The notes: generated by a model not told the origin, from the sequence alone. A stretch of DNA of 64,000 bases from an uncultured Alphaproteobacteria bacterium (GCA_963735065.1 CAVTJL010000001.1:1894848-1958847), one strand, 5' to 3'. Numbered from the stretch's first letter, positions 8,676 to 19,627 are shown. Numbers and translations: made by a program.

Positions 8676-10356
8676 TCAGGGTCGCGTCGGCTCGACGGCG
8701 AAGATGCGGATGCTCCCGCTGGTCTCGTAGTTGACGACCAGGAGGGGGCGGAAGCTCGGGCTGGCCTCGGCAGGGATGAAGAGAATCCCCTCGGGGCCGA
8801 GGTCGCCCGCGGCGCAGTTGATCAGGCTGTTGTCGTCGAGATGGGGATTCTCCTCGAACACACGGGTGTTGAAATAGCCTTGAAATTGCGGTGCGGCGGG
8901 GTCGGTTACGTCATAGACCATGATGCCGCTGTGCCTCTCGAGACCGACGAAGGCGTAGATGCGGCCGAAGACCTTGCCGATCGCAACCCCTTCGGGCTCG
9001 GGCCCGCGCTTGGGGCTGCGCCGGTCGAAGACGTTGTCGTCGTCCTGGGTGTTGAACAGGGCGGGCGTGGCCTCGGCCGTCTTCTGCTCGAAGAAATCGC
9101 CGCTGTCGTAGACCTGCCGTCCGGCACTGTCCCAGATGGAGAAGGAGCGTCCGCCGAAGCTCACCAGCCTGGTGGCGCCCTCAGACGTTGGACGCGTATC
9201 CTGCTCGAGGTTCGATACCTCGAGGCGCCCGAGTTGCGCGTTGGTCCGTAGGTCGGACGCATTCGGGAACCGTTGCGGATCGAGCGTCAGATCGCGGATC
9301 TCGCTCACGTCGATATCGCCGTTGCGCGGGTCGCCTTCGTTCGCTGTCACCAGGAAGTCGCGACCGCGCGACCGATAGACGGCGATGCCGTCCGGCTGGT
9401 AGGCGCCATAGACCGGCCATGCCTTGATGTTGATGCCGCTCGGGTCTGCCGGCGGCGGGGAGCCGTCGTTGCGGCTCGCATCGAGCCCGGCGCCGCTTTG
9501 GCTGTGGTCCTTGAGGCCGAGCGGCAGGATGGCCGTCACCTTGGCGGCGCCGATGTCGACCACGGCGATGGCGTTGTTCTCCTGCAGCGTGACCCACGCC
9601 GTGCGCGAAGTCCTGTGATACCGCGATGAACTCGGGCTCCATGTCCTGGGCCACGGTCGCGGTGGGCGTGATCCGCACCTCCTTGGCCACGAGACCGGCC
9701 CGGTCCGCCTCGAAGCCCGCGAAGCCGGCGGTGCGCAGCGTGGCATGGAAGACGCCGCGGTCGAGGCTGAGGATCGCGATGCTGCCTTCCGGATCCTCGT
9801 GCACGTGGTCGGGCTCCCCCTCGACAGCGGCGAGCACGAACCGGCCGTTCGGGGTGAAGGTCACCATGTCGGGTCCGGAACCGACCGCGAAGCTGCGCAG
9901 CAGGCGCCCGTTGAGATCGAGGAGCAGCAGCCTGCCCGGGTCCGTGACGGGCTCGATCGCCTCCACCGCGACGGCGATGATGCCGTGCCCCACAGCCACG
10001 CTCGTGGGCGTGAGATTGCTGTCGCCCGTCAGCTGGGCGATTAGCACGCGCCGCAGCATGACCGGCTGCTGATCTGGCCGGCGAATATCGAAAATGTCGA
10101 CCGAGTTGTCGGCAAAGTTGATCACGAACAGCCGACGGGTGAAGGCATCGTAGGCTCCGATCTCCGAGATGTTTCGACGGCAGACCCCCGGTGTCGTCGT
10201 CTCCTCGCGATAGCTCCCGAGAGGCTTCAGCACTACGCCTGGACGGCCCTTGTGTATCTCACGGGCGAGCGTACCGGGACCAAGAAGGCTTAAGCCCACA
10301 ATCGAGAGAGCAATCCTTCTCAGGATGCGGGTGGGTCTCTGCGACATGCTTCTCAT
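8676..10356 (-). pseudogene. Secreted choice-of-anchor I family (beta-propeller-like) protein, interrupted by a +1 frameshift near 9608
   Basis: The N-terminal half is ORF 9181..10356 (signal peptide, ...MEPEFIAVSQD). The C-terminal half is ORF 8676..9746 (...RTAWVTLQENNAIAVVDI...). Removing one T from gacttcgcg on the minus strand (AA at 9608-9609 on the plus strand) gives EPEFIAVSQDSRTAWVTLQENNAIAVVD, the family signature. Confidence 0.75.
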
Positions 10357-10696
10357 GGGGGCTCCCCAGTCTTTTTCAGGCAGAATAGGCCAGTCGACTA
10401 TTCCATCGCCGCTCGCGCGTTGATGTGCGTCAATCGGATCCTGCCCGAAGCCCTCGCGACGACCGGCCCCGAGCTGTCGGCGTCAGCCCGCGCAATGCGG
10501 CTCGAGCTTCCTCGCACCTGGATCGGCGCGGGCGGCGGCGCCGCAATCGCCATGGCTCACCGCTCTGCGGCCGGCGAGCCGGGATCATCCTTCGAGGGGC
10601 CGTTGCGGATGCATCCCGGCCGGCGCCATGATGGAGAGATTGCGCGCGCGCCCCGTCGTCGGGCCCGGAGCCGTGCATCCACGAGGGAGAGGCGTC

Positions 10697-11506
10697 ATGC
10701 CGTCGAGCTTCACCGTCCACCGCGCCGACGGCTACGAGCGGCTGATGGGCCGCTGGAGCCGTGTGCTCGCGCCGCAGTTCATCGCCTTTGCCGGCCTTGC
10801 CGATGGCGAGCGGGTCCTCGACGTCGGATGCGGCACGGGCAGCCTCACCTTCGCCTTGCCGCAGGCAGCCCGGGTGAGCGAGGTGAGGGCGATCGACTTC
10901 TCGCCCGTCTTCGTCGCGGAGGCGCAGCGACGGAACAGCGATCCGCGCATCACGATCACGGAGGGCGATGCCTGCGCCATCCCGTTCCCGGATGGCCGCT
11001 TCGATCGTGCCTTGTCCCTCCTCGTCCTCCATTTCGTGCCCGATACCGACCGTGCGATCGCCGAGATGCGCCGCGTGGTGCGGCCCGGAGGCGTGGTCGC
11101 TGCCGCCGTCTGGGATCATCTGGGCGGGATGCCCGCCATGCGCATGACGTGGGACACGGTGGCCGCCCAGGACGAGGAGGCGCGCAAGCTGCGCAGCCGC
11201 TACTTCTTCCAGCCGATGATGCGGCCGGGCGAGATGCGGCAGCGCTTCGTCGCCCAGGGCCTTGAGGACGTGTCCGAGACCTCGCTCCTGATCCGCATGG
11301 ACTATGAGAGCTTCGCCGACTACTGGGAGCCGATCGCGGCCGGCGAGGGCCCCGTCGGCAAGTTCGTGGCCGGGCTCGACCCGGCACGCCGGGCGCAGGC
11401 CGACGAGGCCGTGCGCGCGGCCTATGAGGCCGGCGAGCCCGACGGGCCGCGCTCCTTCGCCTCCATCGCCTGGGCCTGCAGGGGCGTGGTGCCCGGACGG
11501 GGCTGA
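10697..11506 (+). CDS. Class I SAM-dependent methyltransferase
   Basis: ATG 10697 follows GGGAGAGG. Motif I is VLDVGCGTGSL, followed by the PFPDGRFD and VRPGGVV motifs. Confidence 0.85.
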   Translation: MPSSFTVHRADGYERLMGRWSRVLAPQFIAFAGLADGERVLDVGCGTGSLTFALPQAARVSEVRAIDFSPVFVAEAQRRNSDPRITITEGDACAIPFPDGRFDRALSLLVLHFVPDTDRAIAEMRRVVRPGGVVAAAVWDHLGGMPAMRMTWDTVAAQDEEARKLRSRYFFQPMMRPGEMRQRFVAQGLEDVSETSLLIRMDYESFADYWEPIAAGEGPVGKFVAGLDPARRAQADEAVRAAYEAGEPDGPRSFASIAWACRGVVPGRG

Positions 11507-11525
11507 CCGCGGCCTCGCTGCTGCC

Positions 11526-11717
11526 TCAGGCGGCCCTCACCGTTCCTCCGGCGGCATGCCCCTGATCGCCGCCGCGGTTGGGGCAGACATTCTGCAGCCG
11601 CGTCTCGACGCAGTCTGCGCAGAAGGTGCGCTCATAGCTGCAGATACGCGCGTCCATTGAAGAGGGCGGCAAGTCCTTGTCGCACTATTCGCAGCTCGGT
11701 CTCGGCTCCAGCGCCGT
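11526..11717 (-). pseudogene. Decayed DUF1272 (Cys-rich zinc-ribbon) gene relic
   Basis: The minus-strand frame reads TALEPRPSCE*CDKDLPPSSMDARICSYERTFCADCVETRLQNVCPNRGGD.... This compares with the DUF1272 pattern M.ELRPnCEcCdkdLpp.s..A.ICSyEcTFCadC.e..l.n.CPNCGG. ACG sits where the ATG is expected, TAG (11685-11687) replaces a Cys codon, and CGC replaces the last Cys. A 43-codon ORF (11526-11657) remains. Confidence 0.6.
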
Positions 11718-11850
11718 CTTCTTCCCCTTGACTGACCGCTCTTCTGTTGCGTGCTTGCCGTCGTCCGAGGGCTGCTGGCCGGCGGTCGACCTCCCCCGGC
11801 GACGGGTGTACACTCCAAGGTCGTCAGAACCATAAGCCAGGGAGGCAGCG

Positions 11851-12183
11851 ATGCCGCACTATCTGGTCCAGTTCCGCTTCAGCCCCTCCGCCATGAAGGC
11901 GATGGTCGACAAGCCCCAGGAGCGGGAGGCGGCGGTACGTACGCTCATCGAGAGCTTCGGCGGGAGGATGCACGCCTTCTTCTTCGCCTATGGTGAGCAT
12001 GACGGCATCGCGATCAACGAGTTTCCCGACAATGAGCATGCGATGGCGTGCAGCATGGCGGTGAACGCGGCGGGCGGTGTGGCCGGCACCAGGACCACCC
12101 CGCTGCTCACCAGCGCCGAGGCCACGGCTGCGATGCGGCGCGCCCACGACACGAAGACTGCCTACCGTCCGCCGCAGGGCTGA
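11851..12183 (+). CDS. GYD domain-containing protein (tandem paralog 1)
   Basis: 110-aa ORF MPHYLVQFRFS...FFFAYGEHDGIAINEFPD...; it has the size and motif of the GYD family. Confidence 0.85.
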   Translation: MPHYLVQFRFSPSAMKAMVDKPQEREAAVRTLIESFGGRMHAFFFAYGEHDGIAINEFPDNEHAMACSMAVNAAGGVAGTRTTPLLTSAEATAAMRRAHDTKTAYRPPQG

Positions 12184-12269
12184 CGCCAGGGCAGCAGGAG
12201 GAGATCCGCCGTCGCGCCGGCCGATCGGCGACGGACGGTGGTTCGGTCCATCAGCGACAGGAGGCTGAC

Positions 12270-12602
12270 ATGCCATACTTCATGGTCCAGTTCCGCTACA
12301 GCGCGGCAGGGATGAAGGCGATGGTCGCCAAGCCGCAGGATCGGGAGGCGGCGGCGCGCTCGGTCTTCGAGGGCTTCGGCGGGAAGATGCACGCCTTCTT
12401 CTTCGCCTATGGCGAGCATGACGGCGTGACCATCGTCGAGTTTCCCGACCACGAGCACGCCATGGCGAGCCTGATGGCGGTGAACGCGGCAGGTGGCGTC
12501 GCGGGCACCACGACGACCCCGCTTCTCACCAGCGCCGAGGCCACCGCCGCGATGCGCCGGGCCCACGACACGAAGACGGGCTATCGCCCGCCCCAGGGCT
12601 GA
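12270..12602 (+). CDS. GYD domain-containing protein (tandem paralog 2)
   Basis: ATG 12270 follows AGGAGG. The 110-aa product shares 87 of 110 residues with the upstream paralog by hand alignment. Confidence 0.85.
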   Translation: MPYFMVQFRYSAAGMKAMVAKPQDREAAARSVFEGFGGKMHAFFFAYGEHDGVTIVEFPDHEHAMASLMAVNAAGGVAGTTTTPLLTSAEATAAMRRAHDTKTGYRPPQG

Positions 12603-12636
12603 GATCGCGGCACGCCCTCAAGGAGGCTGGGTGCGG

Positions 12637-13392
12637 TCACGCCGTCAGCACCGTGAGGCCCATCCTGCCGTAGGAATCGAGCTGCTCCGATGACGTGCCG
12701 CGCTCGACGACGAGCGTGCTCACCTCCTCGAGCGGCAGGACGACGAAGGGCGACACGGCGCCCAGCTTCTCGCTCGAGGCCAGCACGACGGTCTCGGCAG
12801 CGTGGTGGCTCAGGCTGCGCTTGACGGCGGCCTCTTCCGGATCGCCGGTGGTGAGACCCACCACGGGATGCACGCCGGTGACGCCCATGAAGTAGATGTC
12901 CGCCCGCACCCGGGCGATGGCCTCGATCGCGGCGGCGCCGACGGCGACGATGGAGTGCTTGAAGAGCCGGCCGCCGATCAGCTCGACCTCGATGCTCGGG
13001 TGCTCGACGAGCTCCACGGCGATGCTCGGGCTGTGCGTCACCACCGTCGCTTTGAGCCCGGGCGGCAGATGCCGGGCGAGCTGGACCGCGGTCGTCCCTC
13101 CGTCGACGAACAGGACCTGGCCCGGACGGACCAGGGCTGCCGCAGCACGTCCGATGGCGATCTTCCCCTCGGACGCGATGCGCTGGCGGCCGGCGAAGTC
13201 CGCCACGGCCGGCGATGCCGGCAGGGCACCGCCATGCACGCGCTGGAGCAGGCCCTCCTCGGCCAGCTCGCGCAGGTCGCGCCGGATGGTGTCCTCGGAC
13301 AGCCCCAGCTCCACGCTCAACGCCTTCGCCACCACGCGCCCGTCGCGGCGAAGCACGGCCAGAATGTGCGCCTTGCGCTCGGTCGTCAGCAT
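12637..13392 (-). CDS. DeoR/GlpR family transcriptional regulator
   Basis: ORF 12637..13443, likely start ATG 13392 (MLTTERKAHILAVLRRDGRV). It has an N-terminal wHTH and a C-terminal DeoR sugar-binding domain (VFVDGGTT...YFMGVTGV). Confidence 0.9.
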   Translation of the reverse strand: MLTTERKAHILAVLRRDGRVVAKALSVELGLSEDTIRRDLRELAEEGLLQRVHGGALPASPAVADFAGRQRIASEGKIAIGRAAAALVRPGQVLFVDGGTTAVQLARHLPPGLKATVVTHSPSIAVELVEHPSIEVELIGGRLFKHSIVAVGAAAIEAIARVRADIYFMGVTGVHPVVGLTTGDPEEAAVKRSLSHHAAETVVLASSEKLGAVSPFVVLPLEEVSTLVVERGTSSEQLDSYGRMGLTVLTA

Positions 13393-13520
13393 CGCCGCCC
13401 CATCTCCCTGCACGAACATTCTTGACTCTGCACGAAGTTGCACGAAACTTCACTGGCCTGTTCGGATCTCCCTCGGCGCGATCCTAAGGCGCAAACCCCT
13501 CCTGGCGGACGGATATCCCG

Positions 13521-13898
13521 ATGCTCATCCTGATTGCCGGCCCCTATCGCTCGGGCACGAACGACGACCCGGAAAAAATGGCGGCGAACCTGCGCCGGCT
13601 CGAGGAGGTCTCCTGGCCGCTCTTCCAGGCGGGCCACCTCCCCATGATCGGCGAGTGGGTGGCGCTGCCGGTGTGGCGCGCGGCAGGCGGCCGACAGCTC
13701 GGCGACGCGCTCTACGAGGAGATCTTCTATCCGGCGGCCGGCCGCCTCCTGGAGCGGTGCGACGCCGTGCTCCGCCTCCCCGGAGCGTCCACGGGCGCCG
13801 ACAACGATGTGCGCCTGGCACAGGCGCGCGGGCTGCCGGTCTATCACAGGATCGAGGACGTCCCGGGCTGCTCCGACGGCGCGGCGACGAGCCGATGA
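13521..13898 (+). CDS. Nucleoside 2-deoxyribosyltransferase-like small protein (DUF4406/DUF1937-type)
   Basis: MLILIAGPYRSGT...CDAVLRLPGASTGADNDVRLAQARGLPVY fits the Rossmann-like fold pattern of this superfamily. The family assignment comes from memory of the motif only. Confidence 0.5.
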   Translation: MLILIAGPYRSGTNDDPEKMAANLRRLEEVSWPLFQAGHLPMIGEWVALPVWRAAGGRQLGDALYEEIFYPAAGRLLERCDAVLRLPGASTGADNDVRLAQARGLPVYHRIEDVPGCSDGAATSR

Positions 13899-14204
13899 GC
13901 GGCTCGATATCGGGAAGAGACCCTGCCGCCTCTGGATGGTCTTTCGCAACAGCCGGGCGGGGGATGGGTGCTCGGCAGATCCTCGATCGCAGCGCTGCCT
14001 CTCGGCATTGGCGCCGGGAGGCGTAAGGACGGGGTCGACACACGGCGCACACGAGCTGCGGTGGTCCATCGCAAGTGTCGGATAGGTCTCTTTTTTCTTG
14101 TCACGCCATGGCTGCCGGCTGAGTCGCGCCGCGCCAGTCATGCGTTGACGCCGCAAGGGCCTCCCGCCACAGTCCGGCCGGGGGAAATTTCCGGGGCGGA
14201 GGCG

Positions 14205-14918
14205 ATGCGGAAGGGTCAGAAGCTTGCCGGGTTGACGCGGCGCGGCGTGCTCGGCGTGCTGGGCGGGGCAGGGCTCGCCGGGTGCAGCGCGCTGGAGCGG
14301 CCGACCCAGGCGGAGATCGCATCGGAGCGCCCCAAGCGTCCCACCGTCATCCTCGTCAGGAATTTCGCCGCCGGGCCTACGGAGGTCGACGTCAAACGCG
14401 CCTCCGGCACCACCGCGGCCGAGCTCGTCAACGGCTCGCCCCGCACCCTGGGCGAGCTCGAGGTCGGCCACGCCTTCGCCGACGACGTCACCACGGCCCT
14501 GGTGGCCCAGCTGCGCGGCCTGGGCCTGCCCGCCGAGCCGGCCACCGCCGGCCCCGGCGATGGCCGCCATCCCGTCTATGTCGAGGGGCAGTTCATCTCG
14601 GTCGCCGCCGGCAAGGCCGGCGAGTCGCAGATCGTCGGCTTCCGCGCCGGCTATCCCGACGTCGTCATGGACATCCAGCTCTTCGACCACACCGACGGCG
14701 GCGACCTGCTGCTGGAAGGTGTGGAGGTCAGCGTCACGCGCGGCAGCGACCCGGTGCCGACCTCGCTGCTCCCGGCCAATGTCCTGGACCATGCCGGCGG
14801 GGTGAGTGGTGTTACGCCCGAGGACAGCGCCCGGCTGAAGCAGGGGGCGGAGGGCACGGCCAGGATCATCATGGCCCAGCTCCGGCCCATCTTCAAAAAC
14901 CAGGGCTGGATCAGCTAG
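14205..14918 (+). CDS. Putative lipoprotein (Tat-like/lipobox signal LTRRGVLGVLGGAGLAGC), possibly DUF4410
   Basis: ATG 14205 follows GGCGGAGG within ORF 13968..14918. The signal peptide has a lipobox Cys. The rest of the protein has no recognised enzymatic motif. Confidence 0.6.
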   Translation: MRKGQKLAGLTRRGVLGVLGGAGLAGCSALERPTQAEIASERPKRPTVILVRNFAAGPTEVDVKRASGTTAAELVNGSPRTLGELEVGHAFADDVTTALVAQLRGLGLPAEPATAGPGDGRHPVYVEGQFISVAAGKAGESQIVGFRAGYPDVVMDIQLFDHTDGGDLLLEGVEVSVTRGSDPVPTSLLPANVLDHAGGVSGVTPEDSARLKQGAEGTARIIMAQLRPIFKNQGWIS

Positions 14919-14931
14919 GCCCTCTCGGGCC

Positions 14932-15894
14932 TCAGCTTCTCTCCGCGGCCTTGCCGCCGTGGCCGATCGCCAGCACGCCGATGATGACGAGGCCGATGGT
15001 CAGGTAGCGCACGCCCGAGCTGACCCCCAGCACGTTCAAGAGGCTGACGATCAGGTAGAGGAGGAGGGCAGCGCCCCACACGCCGGGGATGGCGATGCGC
15101 CCGCCGGTGATGCTGGTGCCGCCCAGCACGACGACCGCGATGGACATCAAGAGATAGCCCTCGCCCATGTCGAGCGAGGCGCCGCCCGAGGAGGCGGCGA
15201 GCAGCAGCCCGCACACGGCGGCAAAGAGGGCCGAGAGGATGAAGACGGCACCGCTCACGAGGTTGAGGCGGATGCCGGCGAGGTACGCCGCACGGCGGTT
15301 CTGGCCGATGGCCAGGATCGCGCGACCGAAGGTGGTGTAGCGCACGAGCAGGCCCACGACGCCCGCCACGACGATGAAGATGATGGCGATGAGCGGGATG
15401 CCCAGCACGCGCGCCGTGGCGAAGGCCATCAGGACGGGTGCGGGGGGAGCCGTCGAGCCGCTCGAGTAGGCGGTCGCCATCGACTGAAGGATAAAACCCG
15501 CGGCCAGCGTCGCGATCATCGGCGGGATGCGCAACGCCTGGATCAGGACGACGTTGGCGATGCCGGCGCCGAGCCCCACGCCCAGGCCCACGAGCAGCCC
15601 GGGCACGAGGTCGGCGTTGCTGCCGCCCATCATGCCCATGCCGAGATAGCCGGCGAGCGTCATCACGGCCGGGATCGAGAGGTCGATGTTGCCGGGACCG
15701 ATCGCGATCACCAGCATCTGGCCCAGGCCGATGATCACGTAGAAGGTCGCGAACTGGAGCGCCACGGTGAGCACACCGCCAGCACCGCGCCCGGAGGCTG
15801 CGGCGAGCAGCACGAGCCAGACCAGGACGACGCCCGCGAACACCCAGAACCAGGAGCGCGAGGTGAGCCAGCGCAGGGCGCCCGAGGCGGTCAT
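14932..15894 (-). CDS. Sugar ABC transporter permease (CUT2/RbsC-like)
   Basis: The C-terminal 320 aa of ORF 14932..16650 form a polytopic membrane protein (start MTASGALRW). ATG 15894 overlaps the upstream stop (ATGA). Confidence 0.9.
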   Translation of the reverse strand: MTASGALRWLTSRSWFWVFAGVVLVWLVLLAAASGRGAGGVLTVALQFATFYVIIGLGQMLVIAIGPGNIDLSIPAVMTLAGYLGMGMMGGSNADLVPGLLVGLGVGLGAGIANVVLIQALRIPPMIATLAAGFILQSMATAYSSGSTAPPAPVLMAFATARVLGIPLIAIIFIVVAGVVGLLVRYTTFGRAILAIGQNRRAAYLAGIRLNLVSGAVFILSALFAAVCGLLLAASSGGASLDMGEGYLLMSIAVVVLGGTSITGGRIAIPGVWGAALLLYLIVSLLNVLGVSSGVRYLTIGLVIIGVLAIGHGGKAAERS

Positions 15895-16859
15895 GGCGCG
15901 CGCCTCCCGAAGGCGCGGGTGGCGAGGACGAGAATGAGGATCGCTCCCTGCACGCTGAGCTGCCAGTCGGTCGAGACGTCGAAAAATGACAAAAGGGCAC
16001 CCGTCAGGAGCATGATCATGGCGCCGATCACGGTGCCGGCGGGCGAGATCACGCCGCCGAAGAACTCGCCGCCGCCCACGATCACGGCTGCGATCGAGAC
16101 CAGCGTGTAGGAGGCGCCCACCGTGGCGTCGCCCGAGGTGTTGAGGCCCGCCAGCGCCAGGCCCGCCGCGACCCCGAAGAAGCCGGCAAGGCCGTAGAGA
16201 ACGACCCTGGGCCGCACCAGCGACCAGCCGGCCCGGCGCAGCGCTGCCGGGTTGGCCCCGAAGCCGCGCAGCACCACGCCGAAGGCGCTGCGCATCAGCA
16301 GCGCCCGGCCGACCAGGGCCGCCACCACCGCCACCAGCACGGGCAGCGGCACGAAGGGCGGCTGCCAGCTCGTGGCCGTGCCGAGCCAGTCGGGAATGCT
16401 GCCGCCGGGGGCCGGCAGGATGAGGAGCGCGCAGCCCAGCCACACGAAGGAGGCGCCCAGCGTCACGACGATCGAGGGCAGCTGCCGGAGATGGATCAGC
16501 GCCCCCATCGCCATGTAGGCGAGGATGCAGAGGAGGAGCGCCGCGAAGCCCAGAACGGGCGTGTCGTGGAGATAGGTGGCGGCAATGCAGCTGACGAGCG
16601 CGATGAACGTGCCGATGCCGAGATCGATGTCGCTGGCGGCGATGATGCACATCTGCGCCATCGCGGCGAGGACGAGCGGCATCGCGAAGTTGAGGAGGAT
16701 CGTGAGGCCGAAATAGCTCATCACGATCGGCTGGAGGACCAGGAGGATGCCGAGCATGACGGCCAGCGCCAGCGCCGGCAGCGCTACGCGCACATTGATC
16801 CGCCCGAGCCGGGCGCCGAGGCCCGGCCTGGCCGGGATGGCCCCCGCCTCAGCCGCCAT
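15891..16859 (-). CDS. Sugar ABC transporter permease (CUT2/RbsC-like)
   Basis: ORF 15891..16898, a polytopic membrane protein. The likely start ATG 16859 overlaps the end of the ATPase gene. Confidence 0.9.
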   Translation of the reverse strand: MAAEAGAIPARPGLGARLGRINVRVALPALALAVMLGILLVLQPIVMSYFGLTILLNFAMPLVLAAMAQMCIIAASDIDLGIGTFIALVSCIAATYLHDTPVLGFAALLLCILAYMAMGALIHLRQLPSIVVTLGASFVWLGCALLILPAPGGSIPDWLGTATSWQPPFVPLPVLVAVVAALVGRALLMRSAFGVVLRGFGANPAALRRAGWSLVRPRVVLYGLAGFFGVAAGLALAGLNTSGDATVGASYTLVSIAAVIVGGGEFFGGVISPAGTVIGAMIMLLTGALLSFFDVSTDWQLSVQGAILILVLATRAFGRRAP

Positions 16860-18363
16860 GGGCGAGGCTCTCCCTGGGCTCGGCCGGCGCTGAGGCAAAG
16901 GAGGAGCGCAAGACCCGCTCCTCGGTCAGCTCGCTGCGCTCGATGCGGTCGGTGATGCCGCCGTCATAGAACACGTAGACGCGATCGCAGTGCACCAGCT
17001 CCTCGTTCTCCGTGGTGTACCAGACAAAGCAGCGGCCCTGCCGGGCCTCCTCGCGGACATGCTCGAAAAGCTCGTTCTTGGTGCCGACGTCGACGCCGCG
17101 CAGCGGGTCGTCGAGCAGCACGATGTCGGCACCGCTGGCGAACGCCCGGGCCACCAGCACCTTTTGCTGGTTGCCGCCCGAGAGCGCCATGATCGGCGTC
17201 GCCACGCTGGGGCTGCGGATCGCGAGCTTGCGCCACCAGGTCTCCGCGACGTCCTGGGCACGGTTGCCGTCGACGATGCCCATCCTGGCCACGCTCGAGA
17301 GCAGGCCCACGATGATGTTCTCGCCGATCGACCAGAGCGGGAAGACGCCCTCGGTCTGACGGTCGCCGCTCACATAGGCGACGGTGCCCTCCACGCTGGC
17401 CTGCGCCCGCCGCTGGCGCGCGGCGGCGAAGATCGCCTGCAGGGCATCCCGCTGACCGTGGCCCGCGAGGCCCGCCAGGCCCACGACCTCGCCGGCGCGG
17501 ACCTCGATCGGCAGCTCGCCCGGCCGGCCCTCGAAGCGAACCCGGAGCGTCGCGGTGTCGGCCACCGCCGCCCGGGCGGCCTCCTCGCGGCCGAGCCCGG
17601 CCTCGCTGCCCATCAGCTCGACCAGCTGGTCGTGGCTGAGGTCGCGCGTGAGGGTATTCGCCACCGTGCTGCCGTCACGCATCACGACGGTCCGCACGCT
17701 GTGCTCCAGCACCTCGGCCAGGCGGTGGGAGATGAAGACCGAGGCGAGGCCTTGAGCTGCCTCCCGCGTCGTGTGCTCGAGCAGCTGACGGGCCGCCCGG
17801 GCGTCGAGCGAGGAGGTGGGCTCGTCCAGGATGACGAGCCTCAGCGGCTGGTCGGTGACCGTGAAGGCGCGCGCGATCTCGACCATCTGGCGCTCGCCGA
17901 TCGGCAGCTCGCCCACCGGCTGGTCGAGGTCGATGCCGTGGCCGGGAAAGACCTTGTCGAGCATGCCGCCGATCAGCGCCGCCGCCCGTCGCCGCCAGCC
18001 GAAGCCCCTGAGCGACGGGTGCATCAGGCGGAGATTCTCGACCACCGTCAGGTTGGCGCAGAGCGAGAGCTCCTGGAAGACGCAGCGGATGCCCCGCGCA
18101 TTGGCCACGCGCACGTCGTAGCCGCCGGTGAGATCCGCCCCGTCGACCTGGATCGTGCCCTCGTCCGGCGCCAGCGTGCCGGCGAGGACGTTCATCAGCG
18201 TCGACTTGCCGGCGCCGTTGTGCCCGACGAGGCTCAGGACCTCGCCGGCCCTGACCTCGAGGTCGGCGGTCCGGAGCGCCTGCACCGCGCCGAACCGCTT
18301 GGCGACGCCGTGCAAGGCTACGAGCGGCGGGCGTTCGCCCGCCGCTGAGACACCTTCGAGCAT
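16849..18363 (-). CDS. Sugar ABC transporter ATP-binding protein (duplicated ABC domains)
   Basis: 504 aa with Walker [10 protein letters not shown], signature LSGGNQQK and two ABC cassettes, typical of RbsA/MglA-type ATPases. Confidence 0.9.
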   Translation of the reverse strand: MLEGVSAAGERPPLVALHGVAKRFGAVQALRTADLEVRAGEVLSLVGHNGAGKSTLMNVLAGTLAPDEGTIQVDGADLTGGYDVRVANARGIRCVFQELSLCANLTVVENLRLMHPSLRGFGWRRRAAALIGGMLDKVFPGHGIDLDQPVGELPIGERQMVEIARAFTVTDQPLRLVILDEPTSSLDARAARQLLEHTTREAAQGLASVFISHRLAEVLEHSVRTVVMRDGSTVANTLTRDLSHDQLVELMGSEAGLGREEAARAAVADTATLRVRFEGRPGELPIEVRAGEVVGLAGLAGHGQRDALQAIFAAARQRRAQASVEGTVAYVSGDRQTEGVFPLWSIGENIIVGLLSSVARMGIVDGNRAQDVAETWWRKLAIRSPSVATPIMALSGGNQQKVLVARAFASGADIVLLDDPLRGVDVGTKNELFEHVREEARQGRCFVWYTTENEELVHCDRVYVFYDGGITDRIERSELTEERVLRSSFASAPAEPRESLAHGG

Positions 18364-18374
18364 CCGCTTCCTGC

Positions 18375-19454
18375 TCAGTTGGCCTTGGGCGCCGGCGAGG
18401 CCGGCAGAGGCTTGCCCTCGGCGTTGGCCTTGATCAGCTCCTTGGTCCAGTCCTGGCTGTAGACCGGCGTGGCGACGCCGCCCTTGGGGGTCGCCGCCAG
18501 CCAGGCGTCCAGCTCGTTGGGCTGGATGATCAACAGCGGCACGTTGACGGTCTTGGGCACGTCGGCGCCGGCCAGAATCTGCTGCGCCACCCAGAAGGCG
18601 ATCGAGGCGACACCCGGGGCCGAGGACAGGGAGACGGTGTCGTAGCCGCCCGGCTCCTTGGTGAGGTCCTTCCAGAGCTGCAGCTCGTCCTGCCTGTTGC
18701 CCATGATGATGAGGGGCGTCTTGCGGCCGGCCGCCTTGAAGGCCTGGTAGGCGCCCCAGCCGTCGCCGCCCTGGGTCACGATGGCATCGACCTCGGGTAG
18801 CGTCGGCAGGATGCCCGCCACCTCCTTCTGGGCGATGTTCTGCGTCCAGTTGCCGTGCACCGAGCCCACGAGCTTGATGCCGTCGTCCTTGGCGAAGGTG
18901 TCGACGATGCCCTTGTGGATGTCGTCATCGACCGAGGTGCCGGCGATGCCGCGGATCTCGAGGACGTTGCCCTTGCCGTCGAGCTTCTTGGCGACGTAGT
19001 TGGCCTCGTAGACGCCCATGTCGGTGTAGTTGTAGGCGACCTTGTAGGCGCAGGGTGCCGTCGCCAGGCTGTCGTAGACCACCACCACGATCTTGGCCTT
19101 GCAGGCCTGCTCGATGACGCCGTTCAGGGCGGTCGGCGAGGCGGCGTCGATCACGATCGCCTGCCAGCCCTGAAGGATCAGGTTGCCGATCTGGGTGGCC
19201 TGCTGGGGTGCTGAGTTGTCCGAGTTCACCACCTTGGTCTTGGCGATCTGGTGGTCCTTGATCGCCTCCTTGGTGGCGGCATCCCAGGTCTTCAGCATCT
19301 GCTGGCGCCAGGTGTTGCCGGCGTAGGAGTTGCTGAGCGCGATGCCCATCTTCGAGGTGTCGGCAGCGGCGGCCGGGTGGGTGCCACCGGCGACCATGGC
19401 GGCGGCGAGGGCCGCGCCGAAAGCCAGGACCGACGGGATTGGTCGGAGCGTCAT
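18375..19454 (-). CDS. Sugar ABC transporter periplasmic substrate-binding protein
   Basis: ORF 18375..19544, likely start ATG 19454 ([24 protein letters not shown] signal peptide). It has Peripla_BP-type composition. Confidence 0.85.
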   Translation of the reverse strand: MTLRPIPSVLAFGAALAAAMVAGGTHPAAAADTSKMGIALSNSYAGNTWRQQMLKTWDAATKEAIKDHQIAKTKVVNSDNSAPQQATQIGNLILQGWQAIVIDAASPTALNGVIEQACKAKIVVVVYDSLATAPCAYKVAYNYTDMGVYEANYVAKKLDGKGNVLEIRGIAGTSVDDDIHKGIVDTFAKDDGIKLVGSVHGNWTQNIAQKEVAGILPTLPEVDAIVTQGGDGWGAYQAFKAAGRKTPLIIMGNRQDELQLWKDLTKEPGGYDTVSLSSAPGVASIAFWVAQQILAGADVPKTVNVPLLIIQPNELDAWLAATPKGGVATPVYSQDWTKELIKANAEGKPLPASPAPKAN

Positions 19455-19627
19455 GAGCGTCTGCCTCCCTTTAGAGCGTAGCTGAGCTAGAGCGTCACCG
19501 GCCGGCGGCAAGGCGCCGATCGGCGTGCCATCGAGCATCGGCATTCCTTGAATGAGCGGGATCTACCACCGCCGGCGCGCAGGTTCCAGTCGTGCCGCCG
19601 CGGGCGAGGGGGCCGCGGCCATCGCCC

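Noticed and set aside
11685-11687. In-frame TAG at a Cys position of the DUF1272 relic considered as possible recoding (pyrrolysine-type or read-through)
   Set aside because: The same gene also lacks an ATG start and has a second Cys-ligand substitution. No Pyl machinery is expected in this lineage, so simple decay is the more economical explanation.
14932-16650. 572-aa ORF spanning both ABC permease genes
   Set aside because: The upstream 250 residues are an out-of-frame overlap with the first permease gene (15891..16859). The real second permease starts at ATG 15894 with an ATGA overlap.
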